Shown: positions 29,149 to 40,390, counted from the stretch's first letter. The stretch is DNA of 64,000 bases from Myxococcota bacterium (GCA_036337435.1 JAYZEG010000008.1:14563-78562), one strand, 5' to 3'. Program-made: numbers and translations. The notes: generated by a model from the sequence alone, not told the origin.

Positions 29149-32100
29149 ATGCAGGATTATCAATTTCATTCCATCACCAAAACATGGTTCGCCGAATGTT
29201 TTAATTCGCCGACACCAGCGCAAGACGGTGCGTGGAAGGCAATCGCCAATGGCAACTCAACGCTTCTGATGGCCCCAACGGGCTCCGGTAAAACCCTTGC
29301 CGCATTTCTGTACGCCTTGGACCGGATGATGTTCTCCTCGGCCGATGGGGTCGATCGAGGGCGCATCCTGTATATCTCACCGATCAAAGCCCTGGCGGTC
29401 GACGTCGAGCGCAACCTTCGGTCACCACTCACCGGATTGGCCACGGTTGCCAGCCGAAAGGGACAATCGGTCAACCCGATTCAGGTGGGGGTGCGAACAG
29501 GCGACACTTCGCAAAGAGACCGTCTCGCCATGGTCAAAAACCCGCCAGACATCCTGATCACGACGCCCGAATCGCTGTATTTGATGCTTACCTCGAAGGC
29601 TGCCTCAATTCTTGAGGCCGTCGATACCATCATCATCGATGAGATTCATGCCATCGCCGGCAGTAAACGGGGCACCCATCTATTTTTGAGTCTCGAAAGG
29701 CTTGAGGCTCTCACGGAGGGTGAACATACGATTCAGCGAATCGGGTTATCTGCAACGCAGAGGCCACTCGATGAGGTTGCCCAACTTCTGGGAGGCTTTC
29801 AGAGGGTCGATGGCCAACTCCGTCCTCGGCCCGTCGAGATCGTCGATGTGAAAGAACGCAAGTCACTCCAGCTGTCGATCGAGGTGCCGACCGCGGATAT
29901 GGTGACTCTTGACGATATCGACTTTGAATCCGAGACCTTTGAATCCCCCGACGTCGGAGTCACATCGGCTGGCCAGGCCAAATCTATCTGGCCGATTCTA
30001 TACCCTAAGATCATTGACAAAATTCGAGCCCATCGAACCACTCTGATTTTCGTTAATTCCCGGCGAACGGCAGAACGTTTGGCCAATGCCATTAACGACG
30101 TAGCGAAAGAAGACCTTGCCCGTGCACATCACGGGTCCTTAGCGCATGCCGTCCGAATGGATATCGAAGACCAACTTAAACGCGGCCTACTGCCGGCGAT
30201 CGTGGCGACGGCATCCCTTGAATTAGGCATTGATATGGGAGCTGTTGATCTGGTGATTCAGGTTGAATCTCCACCGTCGATCGCGTCGGGATTGCAGCGA
30301 ATCGGACGAGCCCAGCACCATGTAGGCGGTGTACCTATCGGGGTCACATATCCCAAATTCCGTGCTGACCTAATCCCATGCGCGACGGCCCACAGTGCAA
30401 TGCTTCGAGGGGCAATCGAGGCAACTCGGTATCTTCGCAATCCGCTGGATGTTTTGGCTCAACAAATCGTCGCCATCATCAGCATGCATGACCATTCGGT
30501 CGATACTCTGTTCGAACTCATCCAAGGTGCAGCGCCCTACGCAGAGCTTTCGAAAGGGCTTTTCGAATCGGTCTTAGACATGCTCAGCGGCCGGTACCCA
30601 TCAGACGATTTTAGTGACCTCCGGCCTCGGATTACTTGGGATAGGCTGACCGGTCAATTAACGGCCAGAAAAGGTGCAAAACGACTGGCCATTCTGAACG
30701 GCGGCACCATTCCAGAACGCGGTTTGTACGGCGTTTTCCTCCTTGGCGATGAAGCCGGACGGAGTCGCCGTGTTGGTGAGCTCGACGAAGAAATGGTTTT
30801 CGAATCGCGGGTCGGCGAGGTCTTCTTGCTCGGTGCCAGTTCTTGGCGCATTGAAGAAATCACGCATGAGAAAGTGCTGGTCACGCCGGCCCCTGGAGAA
30901 CCCGGAAAAATGCCGTTTTGGCATGGCGATAGACCTGGTCGTCCATACGAATTTGGGCTAGAAGTCGGCGGTTTCCTTCGGATGCTTGATGAGCTCAACT
31001 CTACAGAGACTGACTCGCAACCACTGCAGACTGAGTATACCCTCGATTCCAATGCTCGACTCAATTTGCTGAATTATGTAGGTGAGCAGCGGGAGCACTC
31101 GGCTGTTCCCACAGACAAAAGACTGGTTCTGGAACGTTTTGTCGATGAGCTCGGCGATTGGCGAGTCTGTCTGCTGAGCCCGTTCGGTGGACGAGTTCAT
31201 GCACCATGGGCAATGGCTGTGCGAACGAAGTTGATGGACGAGTACCAACTCGAACTGGACGCCGTTTGGTCAGACGATGGCATTGTCTTTCGCTTGCCAT
31301 TTGGTGAGGACCCGCCTGACGCGCAGCTTTTCTTTCCCAGCCCCGAGGACGTCGAACCGCTCTTGATCAGACGATTGGCTGAATCCGCGCTATTTGCGGC
31401 GCGTTTTCGAGAAAATGCAGGTCGCGCGTTGCTGCTACCGAAGAAAAAACCGGGGGGACGAACGCCCCTATGGGCAATCCGACGCCGTGCTGCGTCGCTC
31501 CTGTCTGTGGCCGCTCGATTCAATGACTTCCCCATCATTCTGGAAACGTATCGGGAGTGTTTGCGAGACCAGTTCGAGATCGAATCCCTGCAAGACGTTC
31601 TACGAAAAATTGAGAACCGGCACATTAAAGTTGTCGACATTCAAAGCGACACGCCATCGCCTTTTTCGACATCGTTGATGTTCGAGTACGTCGCGAATTT
31701 TATGTACGAAGGCGACGCACCACTGGCCGAGCGTAGAGCACATGCCTTAACCATAGACCAAAGTCGATTACGCGAATTATTGGGCACCTCCGCACTGAGA
31801 GAGTTATTGGCCATTGAGGCCATCGAAGAGCTGAACGCGGTTCTCCAGCGTCTCGATACCAAACTCAAGGCAGAGGATGATCTCCATGACCTCCTTCTCT
31901 CCCTCGGGCCACAATTTCGTGAGGAGATCGAGGCAAGGACGGCTGACACTGCCAATGCCAGCGAATTGATTGCCACATTGATACGCCATCGACGGATTAT
32001 TGACGTCGTCATCGGTGGACATAGACGGCTGGCTGCTGCCGAAGACAGTGCGCGTCTTCGAGATGCCCTTGGAACGGTCATTCCACCAGGTTTACCGTCT

Positions 32101-33633
32101 TCCTTTCTTGAGCCGGTGGCAGACCCAATGGGAGACTTGGTTTCTCGATACGCTCGACGTCGTGGCCCCTTTACTGCAAGACAACTCGCCAGTCACTATG
32201 GCTTAGGGTTGTCTGTAGCGCAGACCGCCCTGCAACCGTTGATTGCCCGAGGACGTATCATCGAAGGCGAGTTTCTCCCCGGGTCTCAGGGCACAGAGTA
32301 TTGTGATGCCGACGTGCTCAAGCGTTTAAAGCGTCTGTCATTGGCCCGGCTCAGAGCCGATATAAAATCTGTTGAACACTCGGTTTTCTCGCGTTTTACA
32401 CTCGCATGGCACGGACTGGACCAAAAGCAAAGAGGGCCGGACGCACTGCTCGACGTCGTCGATCAGCTACAGGGGGCTCCCCTGCCCGCGTCCGTGCTCG
32501 AGAGCGATATTCTGTCGGTTCGATTACATGATTACCAGCCGTCCGACTTGGACCAATTATTAGCCCACGGAGAGGTGGTTTGGGTTGGCCTCCGGTCTAC
32601 GGGTGTCCGAGATGGTCGTATTGCCTTGTTTACCATGGCTCATCTCGATCTTTTAGCCCCTGTCCCCACGCCATTGGATGGGGAGATCTATGATGAGGTC
32701 AGACGAGTTCTGAACGAACGCGGGGCTCTCTTTTTTAAACAACTGAGTGGTTTGGTCGGCGGATTTCCGGAACGCCTACTAGAAGCCGTCTGGGACTTGG
32801 TTTGGAACGGAGAGGTCAGCAACGATTCATTGGTGCCATTGAGACGCATGGTCCGCCCCCCCCAAGAGCTGAAAAAACAACGCCGACGCGCCTATCGACT
32901 CCGACCAAGTCGTCATCACAGCTTGCCGGGCTCCGAGGGTCGCTGGTGGCTGGTCGATGAGCGGCGGTCGAACGCGCCAAATCAAACGGATCGGCGTATG
33001 GCCTTGGCCCAACAACTACTCGAACGCCACGGCATTATCACCCGTGAAGCCGCAGCGTCAGAACAACTGGACGGCGGTTTTTCGAGTGTTTATCCGGTGT
33101 TTAAGGCACTTGAGGAGAGCGGTCGGATTCGACGGGGCTACTTTGTCGAAGGTTTGGGTCTAACTCAGTTTGCGGTGCCCGGTGCCGATGACCAACTGCG
33201 ACAAGGTCGGACGAGCGATACTGAGAGCTCCGTTTTATTACTGGCAACCACCGACCCAGCTAACCCCTTTGGCGCCGCATTACCCTGGCCCGATGATTTT
33301 AGTGGGCGCCCGGAGCGGTCCCCTGGGTCCAGGGTTGCGATCATGGGCGGACGACCAATCGCTTTCATCAGTCGCTCTGGGCGGAGTCTACACACGCGGT
33401 TTTCCCAGGACATCATCGAACGCCGTGTGGAGGTCCAGGGTCTGTGTCAAGCACTCCGTGACTTCGCGCAAATCAACCGCATAAAGGTCATCTATATAGA
33501 GCAAATCAATGGCGAGCTCGCGAGAGACTCGAGTTTAACATCAGAGTTTATTGAACATGGGTTCCGCCCCACGGGCGATGCGATTCGACTCACCACAAGT
33601 AGACAAGCAGGTCCGACTGATGCCCGAGGGTGA
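29149..33633 (+). CDS. lhr: Lhr family ATP-dependent helicase, long form with C-terminal winged-helix/glycosylase-like region
   Basis: APTGSGKTLAAF, YISPIKALAVD, DEIH, GLSAT, HHGSL, SLELGID, QRIGRA, RRGYFVEGLG; start set at ATG 29149. Confidence 0.96.
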   Translation: MQDYQFHSITKTWFAECFNSPTPAQDGAWKAIANGNSTLLMAPTGSGKTLAAFLYALDRMMFSSADGVDRGRILYISPIKALAVDVERNLRSPLTGLATVASRKGQSVNPIQVGVRTGDTSQRDRLAMVKNPPDILITTPESLYLMLTSKAASILEAVDTIIIDEIHAIAGSKRGTHLFLSLERLEALTEGEHTIQRIGLSATQRPLDEVAQLLGGFQRVDGQLRPRPVEIVDVKERKSLQLSIEVPTADMVTLDDIDFESETFESPDVGVTSAGQAKSIWPILYPKIIDKIRAHRTTLIFVNSRRTAERLANAINDVAKEDLARAHHGSLAHAVRMDIEDQLKRGLLPAIVATASLELGIDMGAVDLVIQVESPPSIASGLQRIGRAQHHVGGVPIGVTYPKFRADLIPCATAHSAMLRGAIEATRYLRNPLDVLAQQIVAIISMHDHSVDTLFELIQGAAPYAELSKGLFESVLDMLSGRYPSDDFSDLRPRITWDRLTGQLTARKGAKRLAILNGGTIPERGLYGVFLLGDEAGRSRRVGELDEEMVFESRVGEVFLLGASSWRIEEITHEKVLVTPAPGEPGKMPFWHGDRPGRPYEFGLEVGGFLRMLDELNSTETDSQPLQTEYTLDSNARLNLLNYVGEQREHSAVPTDKRLVLERFVDELGDWRVCLLSPFGGRVHAPWAMAVRTKLMDEYQLELDAVWSDDGIVFRLPFGEDPPDAQLFFPSPEDVEPLLIRRLAESALFAARFRENAGRALLLPKKKPGGRTPLWAIRRRAASLLSVAARFNDFPIILETYRECLRDQFEIESLQDVLRKIENRHIKVVDIQSDTPSPFSTSLMFEYVANFMYEGDAPLAERRAHALTIDQSRLRELLGTSALRELLAIEAIEELNAVLQRLDTKLKAEDDLHDLLLSLGPQFREEIEARTADTANASELIATLIRHRRIIDVVIGGHRRLAAAEDSARLRDALGTVIPPGLPSSFLEPVADPMGDLVSRYARRRGPFTARQLASHYGLGLSVAQTALQPLIARGRIIEGEFLPGSQGTEYCDADVLKRLKRLSLARLRADIKSVEHSVFSRFTLAWHGLDQKQRGPDALLDVVDQLQGAPLPASVLESDILSVRLHDYQPSDLDQLLAHGEVVWVGLRSTGVRDGRIALFTMAHLDLLAPVPTPLDGEIYDEVRRVLNERGALFFKQLSGLVGGFPERLLEAVWDLVWNGEVSNDSLVPLRRMVRPPQELKKQRRRAYRLRPSRHHSLPGSEGRWWLVDERRSNAPNQTDRRMALAQQLLERHGIITREAAASEQLDGGFSSVYPVFKALEESGRIRRGYFVEGLGLTQFAVPGADDQLRQGRTSDTESSVLLLATTDPANPFGAALPWPDDFSGRPERSPGSRVAIMGGRPIAFISRSGRSLHTRFSQDIIERRVEVQGLCQALRDFAQINRIKVIYIEQINGELARDSSLTSEFIEHGFRPTGDAIRLTTSRQAGPTDARG

Positions 33634-34396
33634 CTCCATTCATCGACTGGCCAATCGCTTCAATACCCAATGCGAGGGCAGCAAAATCTGCAAGGTCACA
33701 GCTCGCCAAGTGCATCGCTCTGACCGACTCTTAGGCGCGGGCGTGTTGACAACCGAAGCCTTGGGAAAACACCTTTTAATCCATCTTGATAACGACCATA
33801 TCATTCATACACACCTGGGCCGTGAGGGCCGCTGGATCTTTAAGCGAACCCAGGAACTGAGGCGCGCCTCAAACGGCCTGAGACTGCGATTGGTGTTCAA
33901 AAACATCACAGCAGATTGCTTAGATCCACGGACCATTGAGGTCTTGACTCATGATGAGTTGAGACGCCATCAACTCCTCGGAGGACTGGGTCCAGATATT
34001 TTGTCCCAGTCCACAGATTGGGCACAGATTTATGAGCGAATCAAACGAAAGCAGCCGATGAGTGTGGCTGATATGCTCTTAGACCAAAGCATCTGTTCAG
34101 GAATCGGCAATGTTTATAAATCCGAGGTTCTTTTCTTAGAGCAACGGCATCCATTGACAGCCCCATCGGCCCTCCAAGCCACGGAGATCAAAGCTCTCTA
34201 CCAACGCGCGCGGCGTCTCATGCGGCGGAACCTCGGAGCGAACCCCAGACGGACCCGTTGGGCCGATGGACCCAAACTGTGGGTATATAATCGCAACAAA
34301 GCCCCCTGCCTGGTGTGCGGTACGCTCATCGGCCGGTTCAGACAGGGCCAACCACCGCGGTCCACTTATCTCTGCCGGACCTGCCAAAGCCATTGA
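33620..34396 (+). CDS. nei: Fpg/Nei family DNA glycosylase (Nei2-like)
   Basis: MPEGDSIHRLA, GKHLL, LLDQSICSGIGNVYKSE, zinc finger; overlaps the lhr 3' end. Confidence 0.93.
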   Translation: MPEGDSIHRLANRFNTQCEGSKICKVTARQVHRSDRLLGAGVLTTEALGKHLLIHLDNDHIIHTHLGREGRWIFKRTQELRRASNGLRLRLVFKNITADCLDPRTIEVLTHDELRRHQLLGGLGPDILSQSTDWAQIYERIKRKQPMSVADMLLDQSICSGIGNVYKSEVLFLEQRHPLTAPSALQATEIKALYQRARRLMRRNLGANPRRTRWADGPKLWVYNRNKAPCLVCGTLIGRFRQGQPPRSTYLCRTCQSH

Positions 34397-34413
34397 AGGC
34401 CTCGCCATCACGC

Positions 34414-37400
34414 TTACGGCAGACCCTGCGCGGCTCTAAAGCATTCTTCGAAGGCATCGAAATTACACTCTCCAGCGGCCAGTCGCTCAGTAATACAGGC
34501 TCTGAGTGCCGCATTCACCTCCGGCTCTTGGACGTCGGACTCTTCGCATCCATTGATGCATTGTTCGAGTCCTCCAATGGCTCCACCGATACCGCAGTCA
34601 ACCAATTGCGGACAAATCTCTCGACACGTCAAAACGCCAGCAACGAAACCAGGTTCAAAACACTGCAAACCTTGTTCTGCGCAAGCCGCCTGTTCCATCG
34701 CGTCATCCCCGAGCAGTGCCGTCAAGCAATTGCTCACTTGCAAAGTGTAAGTCGGTCGGGCATTTGGCTGTCGCCGATTTGCGTTGCATTGCGTCCGGCA
34801 TGCATCGAGGTCGACAAATCCATCGCCGCCACAGTTCAAGTACTGGTTACACGGCGCATCGCAGCCATTCCCAAGCACAGCCTGCTCACACTCGCTGAGA
34901 GCCGTGCACGATATGGCATCACGGCAGGCCAGGAGCTGACCTTGAGCCCCGTCGACCGAAACGCGAAGGGCCGAAATGCATCGGTCAATGCAGGACCGCG
35001 TATTTAGGTCCAACTCCAGTCCACAATTTGCCTCCGCATCACAAAGTCGACGACAAACACCACTTGAATCAGCCTCGGGCACTCGTTGGATTCCATCACC
35101 ACATCGGTCTAAGACCCGAAATAAATCAGCAGGACATGGATTTAAATTCGAGGCCACACAATCGAGAAAACCCGGCTGGTCGCGTCCAACGTCAAGTAAC
35201 AGGTCGCATGGAAGCCGCCCGTCGGGTTCGCACACGGCCAACTGCTGGCAAAAGTCGGCTTCATTGATCGGACCGGGAGCCTCAGGCAGACCGGTTTCCA
35301 GACACGCCTGCACATCGCCACATGCAGCCCCGTCAGCCACAACACACTCATACTGCTCGATGGCGCGAATTTTACTCAGCTGGTCGACAGAGCAAATCGC
35401 ACCGCAGCCATTGGCCAGTTCGCAAGATTCAAGAGCTGTACACCAAGGCTCACAGGGGGGGGCAACCACGTCATTAAGACAGTCACGGGCTCCGCCACAA
35501 TCCTCTAAATCAGCTTGAGCTAAACAATCTACGCTGGCTTCAAATCGAAGGCGTTCATCACCTGTGTAGCCTTCACCACAGGCGATTAAACAGGCCCCCA
35601 ACTCTGCCCCATCTTCGGGTGCGCAGTTGCCCTTGGCATAGCAATAACGAAAGCACTCAGAACCAGGATTGGCATCTCTGGAGCAGGCAAGAACACCCTC
35701 TGTCCCAGAACAGCTCGGAGCAGCTGCCTGACAAGCGAAATACGCCGCCCTACTTCGTGCATCCTCGAAATGCTCATCATCACACGATGCAACGCAATTT
35801 GGATCGCCAACTCCGCATGTCTCCAAACGCTCGCACGCGTACTGGCAGGGTAAGGGCGTGTTTGGTATGCAATCCGCCATGATGCCGCACTCATTAGCTG
35901 CCTCGATTACACACAGTCGACTTGCTCGATATCGGGCACGGTAAAAACCCGCGTCGCAGGCTGCCAAACAGTCGTCAGACGCAAGGTCACAGCCGGCCAA
36001 TCCGTCGCAGTAATCCTCACAAGCACCCTCCGGGCTATTAACTCTCAAACACCCGCCGAGTGCATCGCAGCTCAGGGAAAGACGACATGTAAGAAGACCT
36101 TGGAGACGCTGCTGAGCTTCGTCGGACCCGCCGGCCAACGTCTCGATGCAATCGGCCGTACAACTCCTGATGGTCTGTTCCTCTTGAAGCTGTCCACATT
36201 GCCCCAAACCAAAACAATATCGACGGCATTCTATCGCAGCCGACGCACCCTCTGCTGGTTCAAGATTACCAGGCTCATCAAAGCCGGGTGCGCACACTTG
36301 AAATGCCTCAAACGCCTGGGCTGGGCAACGGGACAATTGTTCAGCGACACATGGCCTTAATTGAGGTGGCATGCCGTTGATATTGTCTTCGCATTCACCA
36401 AATTCGGGGCCATATCCACAGCCGCGCCAAATCTGACAAATCCGTTCCTCAGTGATTTCGCCAATCACGGGTTGCAAGTCGCCGATGCACTGCTCAAGGC
36501 CATTGCAGTCCAGCGCATCCTCGAAACAATCCAATTGCTCGAAGGTGCGAATCTGCGCCAGCGGATCCACGGGGCAGCTTGCTGCACATTGGGCCGGTGC
36601 TCGGTCACACTGGTCCAGCTCACCACACCAGTTTTCACAATCTGCGTTGAGATCAGCTGGCACACAGTCGGCCAATTCTTGGCACATGGCGTTCTGCGGC
36701 AATGAACTAAGACATGATCTGGATGCAGCCAGACGTATGGCATCGGCACCAACCCATCCGTCACCACATGCGAGCAGACAATCAGTCAGTGCCCCAGGTC
36801 CACTATCTCCGCATTGGTTAAGTGCGAGGCAATGTCGTGCACAGTCACGACCGGGTGATGAATCTAGTCGACATCCGGCCCAAGAATGACCACCACCGGA
36901 ACAAACGGCTGCAGACACCGAACAAGCAATCACCTCCAAGGTCGAAGAAAAATCCGCATAGAGACCGTCATCACAATCGGCTACGCATTGACCCAGATCG
37001 GGTTCACAGGCACTCCCTCGCTCACAGACTCGCTCACAATCAAGCTCCACAGGTCGCGCACATTCAGCAATGGCATCACACCCCTCTGCATCACGGACAC
37101 AGGCGCGATAGGCGATAGCTCGGTCCCGATTAAATCGCGCATCGCACTGCTCAATACAATCGACGGCTACAGGTCCACATGCCTCAAGTCTCATGCAGTG
37201 ATCAGCGCAGGCCGATTCGGGTGAATTTTCGAAGAGGCATTGGTTTAGCTCTTCACAGCTCGACGCCAAGCCGCAGGGAAAGAGATTGGCCAAACGTGCC
37301 GCATCATCCGCTGACCCATTTACTCGCACCGAATTACAGTCTCTTACGCAATCTAGGCGGCCTTCGCCTTCGGGTAGAACACCGCAAATGTCACGCGCCT

Positions 37401-38457
37401 CACACAACTCATTACATCCGGGTCCACGCTGCTGCATCGGGCCCTCTAAACACTGAAAAAGAACGTCCTCACCGTCGCCACACCCATTGTTACGAATTTC
37501 GGTGTAGATGCAGTTCGCAATTGGGTCTTCGTCAATCGGGCCATCGCCGACAAACTCGTCGAGGGCAAACTCACAGGGGATGACCTGCGCCAAACATTGA
37601 TTCCAGGCGACACAGAAGTCCCGTTCGTTAAACCGGGCTGTTTGCACCTGTGTCGGATTCACACATTGATCAATTCGACGACAATCGTCATTTGATATCG
37701 AGATACACAGATTGGTCTGATTCCCACGATGAGCACGAAGCGGGTCGTCTGCCGTGAGCTGGTCGATGCAGTCATAAAAGCAACCGTCTGCGCGCAATAC
37801 ATTGCACTCGACGCCTCGCTCGCAGCGTGTTTCACAGCCCGGAAAAACGGTGTCTCCAAGACAGCTCTTAAAGCCAGCCGTATTGCAGGCACCTCCAAAG
37901 AGCAACTCGCCGCATCCATTGAAGTCTGCGCTCTCCTCCAAACCGCCACAAATAGACAGGCAGTCGAAGCCTTGAATGCCGCCACACTCATCAACAGCCC
38001 CACATGTTTGCGCGCAACTTAGCGGAGTGGGGGCTGGGAGCCGACAAATCTGAAGTAGGTTGCAGTTTTCTGTGGCCACACATTCAAACCAGTTATCCAA
38101 AGAACGCGACTGCGCACTTCGCTCGCACGCAGCGAGGCAGGTTCCTTCATCCACATATAAATCAGTCCGTCCACACGCGCTGTAACGAAGGCAAGCATCG
38201 GCGCACGTCTCGACTGAAATGGGCCCCGCTGAATCAGAACGGACATCCGCATCACGGGCACCTAGATCTCTAAATCGTCCGGCATCAAACACCGCATCGG
38301 ATTCAACATGCCCGTCATCTAGTGCCCCATCGGTCGCGGACTGGTCCGGTCCCATCTCAATCGAGCCGCTTGGGTCCGAGTTTCGCCCCCCATCCGAAGT
38401 GCCGTGATCGCATGCAGAAAAAACCATCGAAAAAATCAATAATGCGCTAAGTCGCAT
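34414..38457 (-). CDS. Large cysteine-rich repeat lipoprotein
   Basis: FSAC lipobox, Asp/Gly linker, many CxxxCxxxxxC..CxxxC modules; ggagg RBS. Confidence 0.85.
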   Translation of the reverse strand: MRLSALLIFSMVFSACDHGTSDGGRNSDPSGSIEMGPDQSATDGALDDGHVESDAVFDAGRFRDLGARDADVRSDSAGPISVETCADACLRYSACGRTDLYVDEGTCLAACERSAQSRSLDNWFECVATENCNLLQICRLPAPTPLSCAQTCGAVDECGGIQGFDCLSICGGLEESADFNGCGELLFGGACNTAGFKSCLGDTVFPGCETRCERGVECNVLRADGCFYDCIDQLTADDPLRAHRGNQTNLCISISNDDCRRIDQCVNPTQVQTARFNERDFCVAWNQCLAQVIPCEFALDEFVGDGPIDEDPIANCIYTEIRNNGCGDGEDVLFQCLEGPMQQRGPGCNELCEARDICGVLPEGEGRLDCVRDCNSVRVNGSADDAARLANLFPCGLASSCEELNQCLFENSPESACADHCMRLEACGPVAVDCIEQCDARFNRDRAIAYRACVRDAEGCDAIAECARPVELDCERVCERGSACEPDLGQCVADCDDGLYADFSSTLEVIACSVSAAVCSGGGHSWAGCRLDSSPGRDCARHCLALNQCGDSGPGALTDCLLACGDGWVGADAIRLAASRSCLSSLPQNAMCQELADCVPADLNADCENWCGELDQCDRAPAQCAASCPVDPLAQIRTFEQLDCFEDALDCNGLEQCIGDLQPVIGEITEERICQIWRGCGYGPEFGECEDNINGMPPQLRPCVAEQLSRCPAQAFEAFQVCAPGFDEPGNLEPAEGASAAIECRRYCFGLGQCGQLQEEQTIRSCTADCIETLAGGSDEAQQRLQGLLTCRLSLSCDALGGCLRVNSPEGACEDYCDGLAGCDLASDDCLAACDAGFYRARYRASRLCVIEAANECGIMADCIPNTPLPCQYACERLETCGVGDPNCVASCDDEHFEDARSRAAYFACQAAAPSCSGTEGVLACSRDANPGSECFRYCYAKGNCAPEDGAELGACLIACGEGYTGDERLRFEASVDCLAQADLEDCGGARDCLNDVVAPPCEPWCTALESCELANGCGAICSVDQLSKIRAIEQYECVVADGAACGDVQACLETGLPEAPGPINEADFCQQLAVCEPDGRLPCDLLLDVGRDQPGFLDCVASNLNPCPADLFRVLDRCGDGIQRVPEADSSGVCRRLCDAEANCGLELDLNTRSCIDRCISALRVSVDGAQGQLLACRDAISCTALSECEQAVLGNGCDAPCNQYLNCGGDGFVDLDACRTQCNANRRQPNARPTYTLQVSNCLTALLGDDAMEQAACAEQGLQCFEPGFVAGVLTCREICPQLVDCGIGGAIGGLEQCINGCEESDVQEPEVNAALRACITERLAAGECNFDAFEECFRAAQGLP

Positions 38458-38632
38458 GGATTATCGCCTCCTCATTTTGCCCGCCTATATCACGAAGTCA
38501 GAGACAGATGCGAAAGTAATCTAAACACTGTAGACGACCCGATGGCCGCCAATCGCCCCATGCAGGTCTCGGTGGTCCAAACACGGTGAACTGCGCTATG
38601 CTGGCCACCGAGCACACTTTCGGAGAGCGGAT

Positions 38633-40390
38633 TTGGAGCTTAATTTGCTACTTTATTTGCAGCGCCTTGGAGATAGAGCAGGCCCGCAATTAACTCACAC
38701 TACGGTCCAGCATCAATTCGCTGGTGAGGCTCATTCACTTGCCTTGCTATCCAATCGTGTTTTGCGACTTATCGCGGCCGTCTTGCTATTTTTTTCCTGT
38801 GCATGGTCGATTGCAGAAGGCGAGACTCGGGGTCGAGTGCCCCCCGCAGCCCCCGAGTTGAATACGATGCCGCCAAAGGCACAAAAGCTCAAGCTGACTT
38901 GGTATTTCGAACTTACGCCGCGCTATTTCGTGGGTCGGAATGACATTAATCAGGGCTTTGTCGACCCACAAACAAACACACTGGATAGACGTCATTTCCT
39001 CTCACCGAGTATCGACACGGAATATGGGTCTGTTTATATCGCGACGGAACAAACTCTCGCCTACGCCTTGGGGCACCAAACCGGACAGATCAACCTGATG
39101 CTCGATACAGGAGAAATTTATCGTCATACAGCCAGTGAGCTCAATCCGAATACCGAACAAGTGACATCACGGTCCGAATGGCAGACCAATGGCCAATCGC
39201 TTGCGGACGAATTCCATTCCACCTACTTCGTGCGCAAATTGGCGGTAACACATTCGCTGGACAAAGACCGCCATGTGAGTTTTACAGTCGGAAAAGGGAA
39301 CCCGATCGTGGGCAATGGACTCGTCTACAATGACTATAGTCCGCTTGCATCAGTCGCTTTCGATAGTCAGAAAAAATGGGCCCACGGGGTTCGACTCGAG
39401 GGCATGATCGTTTCTGTAACCAACGATATACAACCCACTGCGACCACCATTAGCCAAGTGCAACTCACATTCAGGACGCCATCCGCCGGCATCTGGCATT
39501 TGATGGGTGCCTATTTCAATGACCAAAATCAAAACCTGGCCAATGTATTCAAACAGTGGCTGACAACAGCAGCTGCGGTGACGGCTCGCTCTCGTTCAGC
39601 ACTCTATGCAGGGCGTCCTGGCCTTTTCGATCGGACTGTTGAATTGCGGTCAGCAGGACACGTGAATTGGGTTGGTGGCGGTTATGACCAATCCTGGCCT
39701 TCCGGTCACCGACTCTGGTTGAACATCTACCTCAGCAGGGGGAGTGGAAATGTCACATTGGATGCGACACGCTTCAATCGAATCCTAAGGAGAACATCAC
39801 GCCGCTTGAATCAGCAACAGGAACTCGACCAGCGTTTCTTTTCCTTAGACCTCGCCGGGTGGGCATTCCAAGGTGGTGCGGACATTTATCTTGTTCGCGA
39901 TTGGTATCTATCGCCGTTCTGTGTCGGCATCTCTGGAGATGATGGCTTGGACGTCTTCTTGGAGTCCAGTGCAGATTCGAGGGCCAGAAAAACATTTCGG
40001 GGATTTCTTGGCGTCGTTCCCTATCTCGACCAAACCAACATTTTCTTCAACGGTGGCCTTGGCCATCATTTTTCCAGTCGAACAATGTCTTTGTCCGGGC
40101 TTGCTGGCCGGGGTGTACTCGCAGCTGGCTTTTCCGCATCGGGGTCACTCTGGAGGGATCTGAGCTATCAAGGTGGACCCGCGTTCCTTCGAGCGATGCA
40201 CAAGGGGCCTCTAGCCAGCGGAAAGAATTACGGATTGGAAATAAACCAATCTCTTACCTATTCACTCCGGCCTGAGCTCACTCTGAGTCTACAGTATGAC
40301 CTTTTACGAACCGGAGATTTTTTCATTGAAAATGCCTGGAATAGTCAGACCACCGTCCAAATGTCATACGCGCCGACAAATGGCCACTAA
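38633..40390 (+). CDS. Putative outer-membrane beta-barrel protein
   Basis: Signal-like RLIAAVLLFFSCAWSIA (true start probably downstream of 38633); C-terminal YGLEIN..YDLLRTGDFF resembles porin/alginate-export-type barrels. Confidence 0.7.
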   Translation: MELNLLLYLQRLGDRAGPQLTHTTVQHQFAGEAHSLALLSNRVLRLIAAVLLFFSCAWSIAEGETRGRVPPAAPELNTMPPKAQKLKLTWYFELTPRYFVGRNDINQGFVDPQTNTLDRRHFLSPSIDTEYGSVYIATEQTLAYALGHQTGQINLMLDTGEIYRHTASELNPNTEQVTSRSEWQTNGQSLADEFHSTYFVRKLAVTHSLDKDRHVSFTVGKGNPIVGNGLVYNDYSPLASVAFDSQKKWAHGVRLEGMIVSVTNDIQPTATTISQVQLTFRTPSAGIWHLMGAYFNDQNQNLANVFKQWLTTAAAVTARSRSALYAGRPGLFDRTVELRSAGHVNWVGGGYDQSWPSGHRLWLNIYLSRGSGNVTLDATRFNRILRRTSRRLNQQQELDQRFFSLDLAGWAFQGGADIYLVRDWYLSPFCVGISGDDGLDVFLESSADSRARKTFRGFLGVVPYLDQTNIFFNGGLGHHFSSRTMSLSGLAGRGVLAAGFSASGSLWRDLSYQGGPAFLRAMHKGPLASGKNYGLEINQSLTYSLRPELTLSLQYDLLRTGDFFIENAWNSQTTVQMSYAPTNGH

